A stretch of DNA of 32,000 nt, from positions 1-32,000 of the forward strand of contig JBBMFB010000009.1 of NCBI GenBank assembly GCA_040096245.1, in the 5' to 3' direction. The first letter of the stretch is position 1; each line of letters starts with the position of its first letter. The position numbers were made by a program, and so were the translations under genes. This document shows, one piece after another, positions 31,186 to 32,000 of this stretch. Under the pieces are notes generated by a model that saw only the letters and a program-made list of their open reading frames with translations, had not been told where the DNA came from and searched no databases. This DNA is from Waltera hominis (lineage in GTDB: Bacteria > Bacillota > Clostridia > Lachnospirales > Lachnospiraceae).

Positions 31186-31908
31186 TCACCTCTTCCGGGA
31201 AATACAGATATCCTCCAGATTCTGCGCGCCCTCCGGTCCGATGGGTCTGCCGCCTGTGGTGATACCCCATCCTGCACGGATCTTGATAATATCGTCGATC
31301 TGTCCCTGGGACAACAACGTCTTCTTCCCTAAGATAAAGTTGTTCATCATCAGGATCTTCGCATAATATTCCGTGGTCTCCATGCGGTAATATGCCTGCA
31401 TGAGGTTATCTCCCCAGGTCAGCGCGCCATGGTTTGCTAACAGTACAGCATTGTATTCCCGGCAGTAGGGTGCCACCGCTTCCGGCACTTCCTCTGTGCC
31501 CGGCAGCGCAAAATGTACTAACGGCACACAGCCTAAGGACAGTACCCCTTCCATCAGCACCGGTTCTTCCAGACTGATGCCCGCACAGGCAAACGCCGTC
31601 GCCGTCAGAGGATGTGCATGTACCACGCCTTGTACTTTCGGGTTCTCTTTGAATACTCTGAGGTGCATCTTGATCTCGCTGGAAGGCTTGTGCGTTCCCT
31701 CCAACACGTTCCCGTCCAGATCCAGCTTTACCAGCATGTCCTCTGTCATAAATCCCTTAGAAACTCCCGTAGGTGTTGCCCAGATCTCATTATCTCCGAC
31801 TTTACAGGAGATATTTCCGTCGTTCGCTGCCACGAAGCCGCCCTGATACATTCTGCGGCCTACCTCTAAAATCATCTGTTTTGCCTGTGCATCTGATATA
31901 TATTCCAT
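31186..31908 (-). CDS. Class II aldolase/adducin-family protein (L-fuculose-phosphate aldolase-like), ~240 aa
   Basis: The start is set at MEYISDAQ (31908, GGAG 6 nt upstream). NDGNISCKV, PSSEIKMHL, VVHAHP and LLANHGALTWG are the metal-binding His and phosphate-binding motifs of class II aldolases. It also has a ~45-aa C-terminal extension. Confidence 0.8.
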   Translation of the reverse strand: MEYISDAQAKQMILEVGRRMYQGGFVAANDGNISCKVGDNEIWATPTGVSKGFMTEDMLVKLDLDGNVLEGTHKPSSEIKMHLRVFKENPKVQGVVHAHPLTATAFACAGISLEEPVLMEGVLSLGCVPLVHFALPGTEEVPEAVAPYCREYNAVLLANHGALTWGDNLMQAYYRMETTEYYAKILMMNNFILGKKTLLSQGQIDDIIKIRAGWGITTGGRPIGPEGAQNLEDICISRKR

Positions 31909-32000
31909 ACTAATCTCCATTCCGCAGACGATTCCTTCCGTCGGAGGAATCCTCCTTTTCCGTTCCAGCATGCAATAATATATTACCTTATTGCCCTTCT

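Noticed and set aside
1-32000. Search by eye for CRISPR arrays, rRNA, DGR template/variable repeats, retron-like msr/msd structures, or toxin-antitoxin pairs
   Set aside because: There are no regularly spaced repeat-spacer arrays, no reverse transcriptase or Cas-like ORFs, and no small overlapping gene pairs with TA-like features. The only tandem repeats are the short regulatory-scale ones reported above.

Overview
Chromosomal window from a Firmicutes/Clostridia-like genome. That assignment is inferred from GGAGG-type RBSs, a PerR plus reverse-rubrerythrin pair, a sigma-70/DUF4367 pair and ROK fructokinase, all called by eye from motifs with no database search. Three zones are visible.

(1) 1-6.7 kb is mobile DNA. 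It starts with the 3' end of an IS110-family insertion sequence that carries a long non-coding tail. Next comes a compact ~6 kb gene set that reads as an inovirus-like (filamentous, ssDNA) prophage: a 69-aa major-coat-like protein followed by a strong terminator, a small Cys-rich ORF, a 519-aa secreted modular adsorption-like protein, a 77-aa membrane protein, a Zot/pI-type P-loop ATPase, a Rep_trans-like rolling-circle initiator and a tyrosine integrase. The set abuts the 3' end of tRNA-Lys(CTT). This is the most interesting system in the window. It contains shared palindromic motifs, an origin-like intergenic region and an AT-rich mosaic block inside the adsorption gene.

(2) 6.8-26 kb is ordinary housekeeping and accessory chromosome:
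- a Fur-family regulator plus a His-rich metal permease with a perfect palindromic operator
- a MATE efflux pump, an AraC regulator and a ROK fructokinase
- an orphan RmlD-like protein with catalytic Tyr->Phe, translationally coupled to a DAACS symporter
- trkH/trkA and a histidine kinase/response regulator pair
- PerR/rubrerythrin, a signal-less DUF11 repeat protein and a voltage-gated-type K+ channel
- an ABC-2/GldG/DUF4340 operon with a long structured leader

(3) 26.3-31 kb shows gene decay. It holds a GH2-like skeleton ORF, a 5'-truncated macro-domain gene and a mosaic remnant of a MacAB-type efflux operon, interspersed with an intact sigma/anti-sigma module and a class II aldolase.

I saw no CRISPR array, rRNA or DGR/retron-like repeats.
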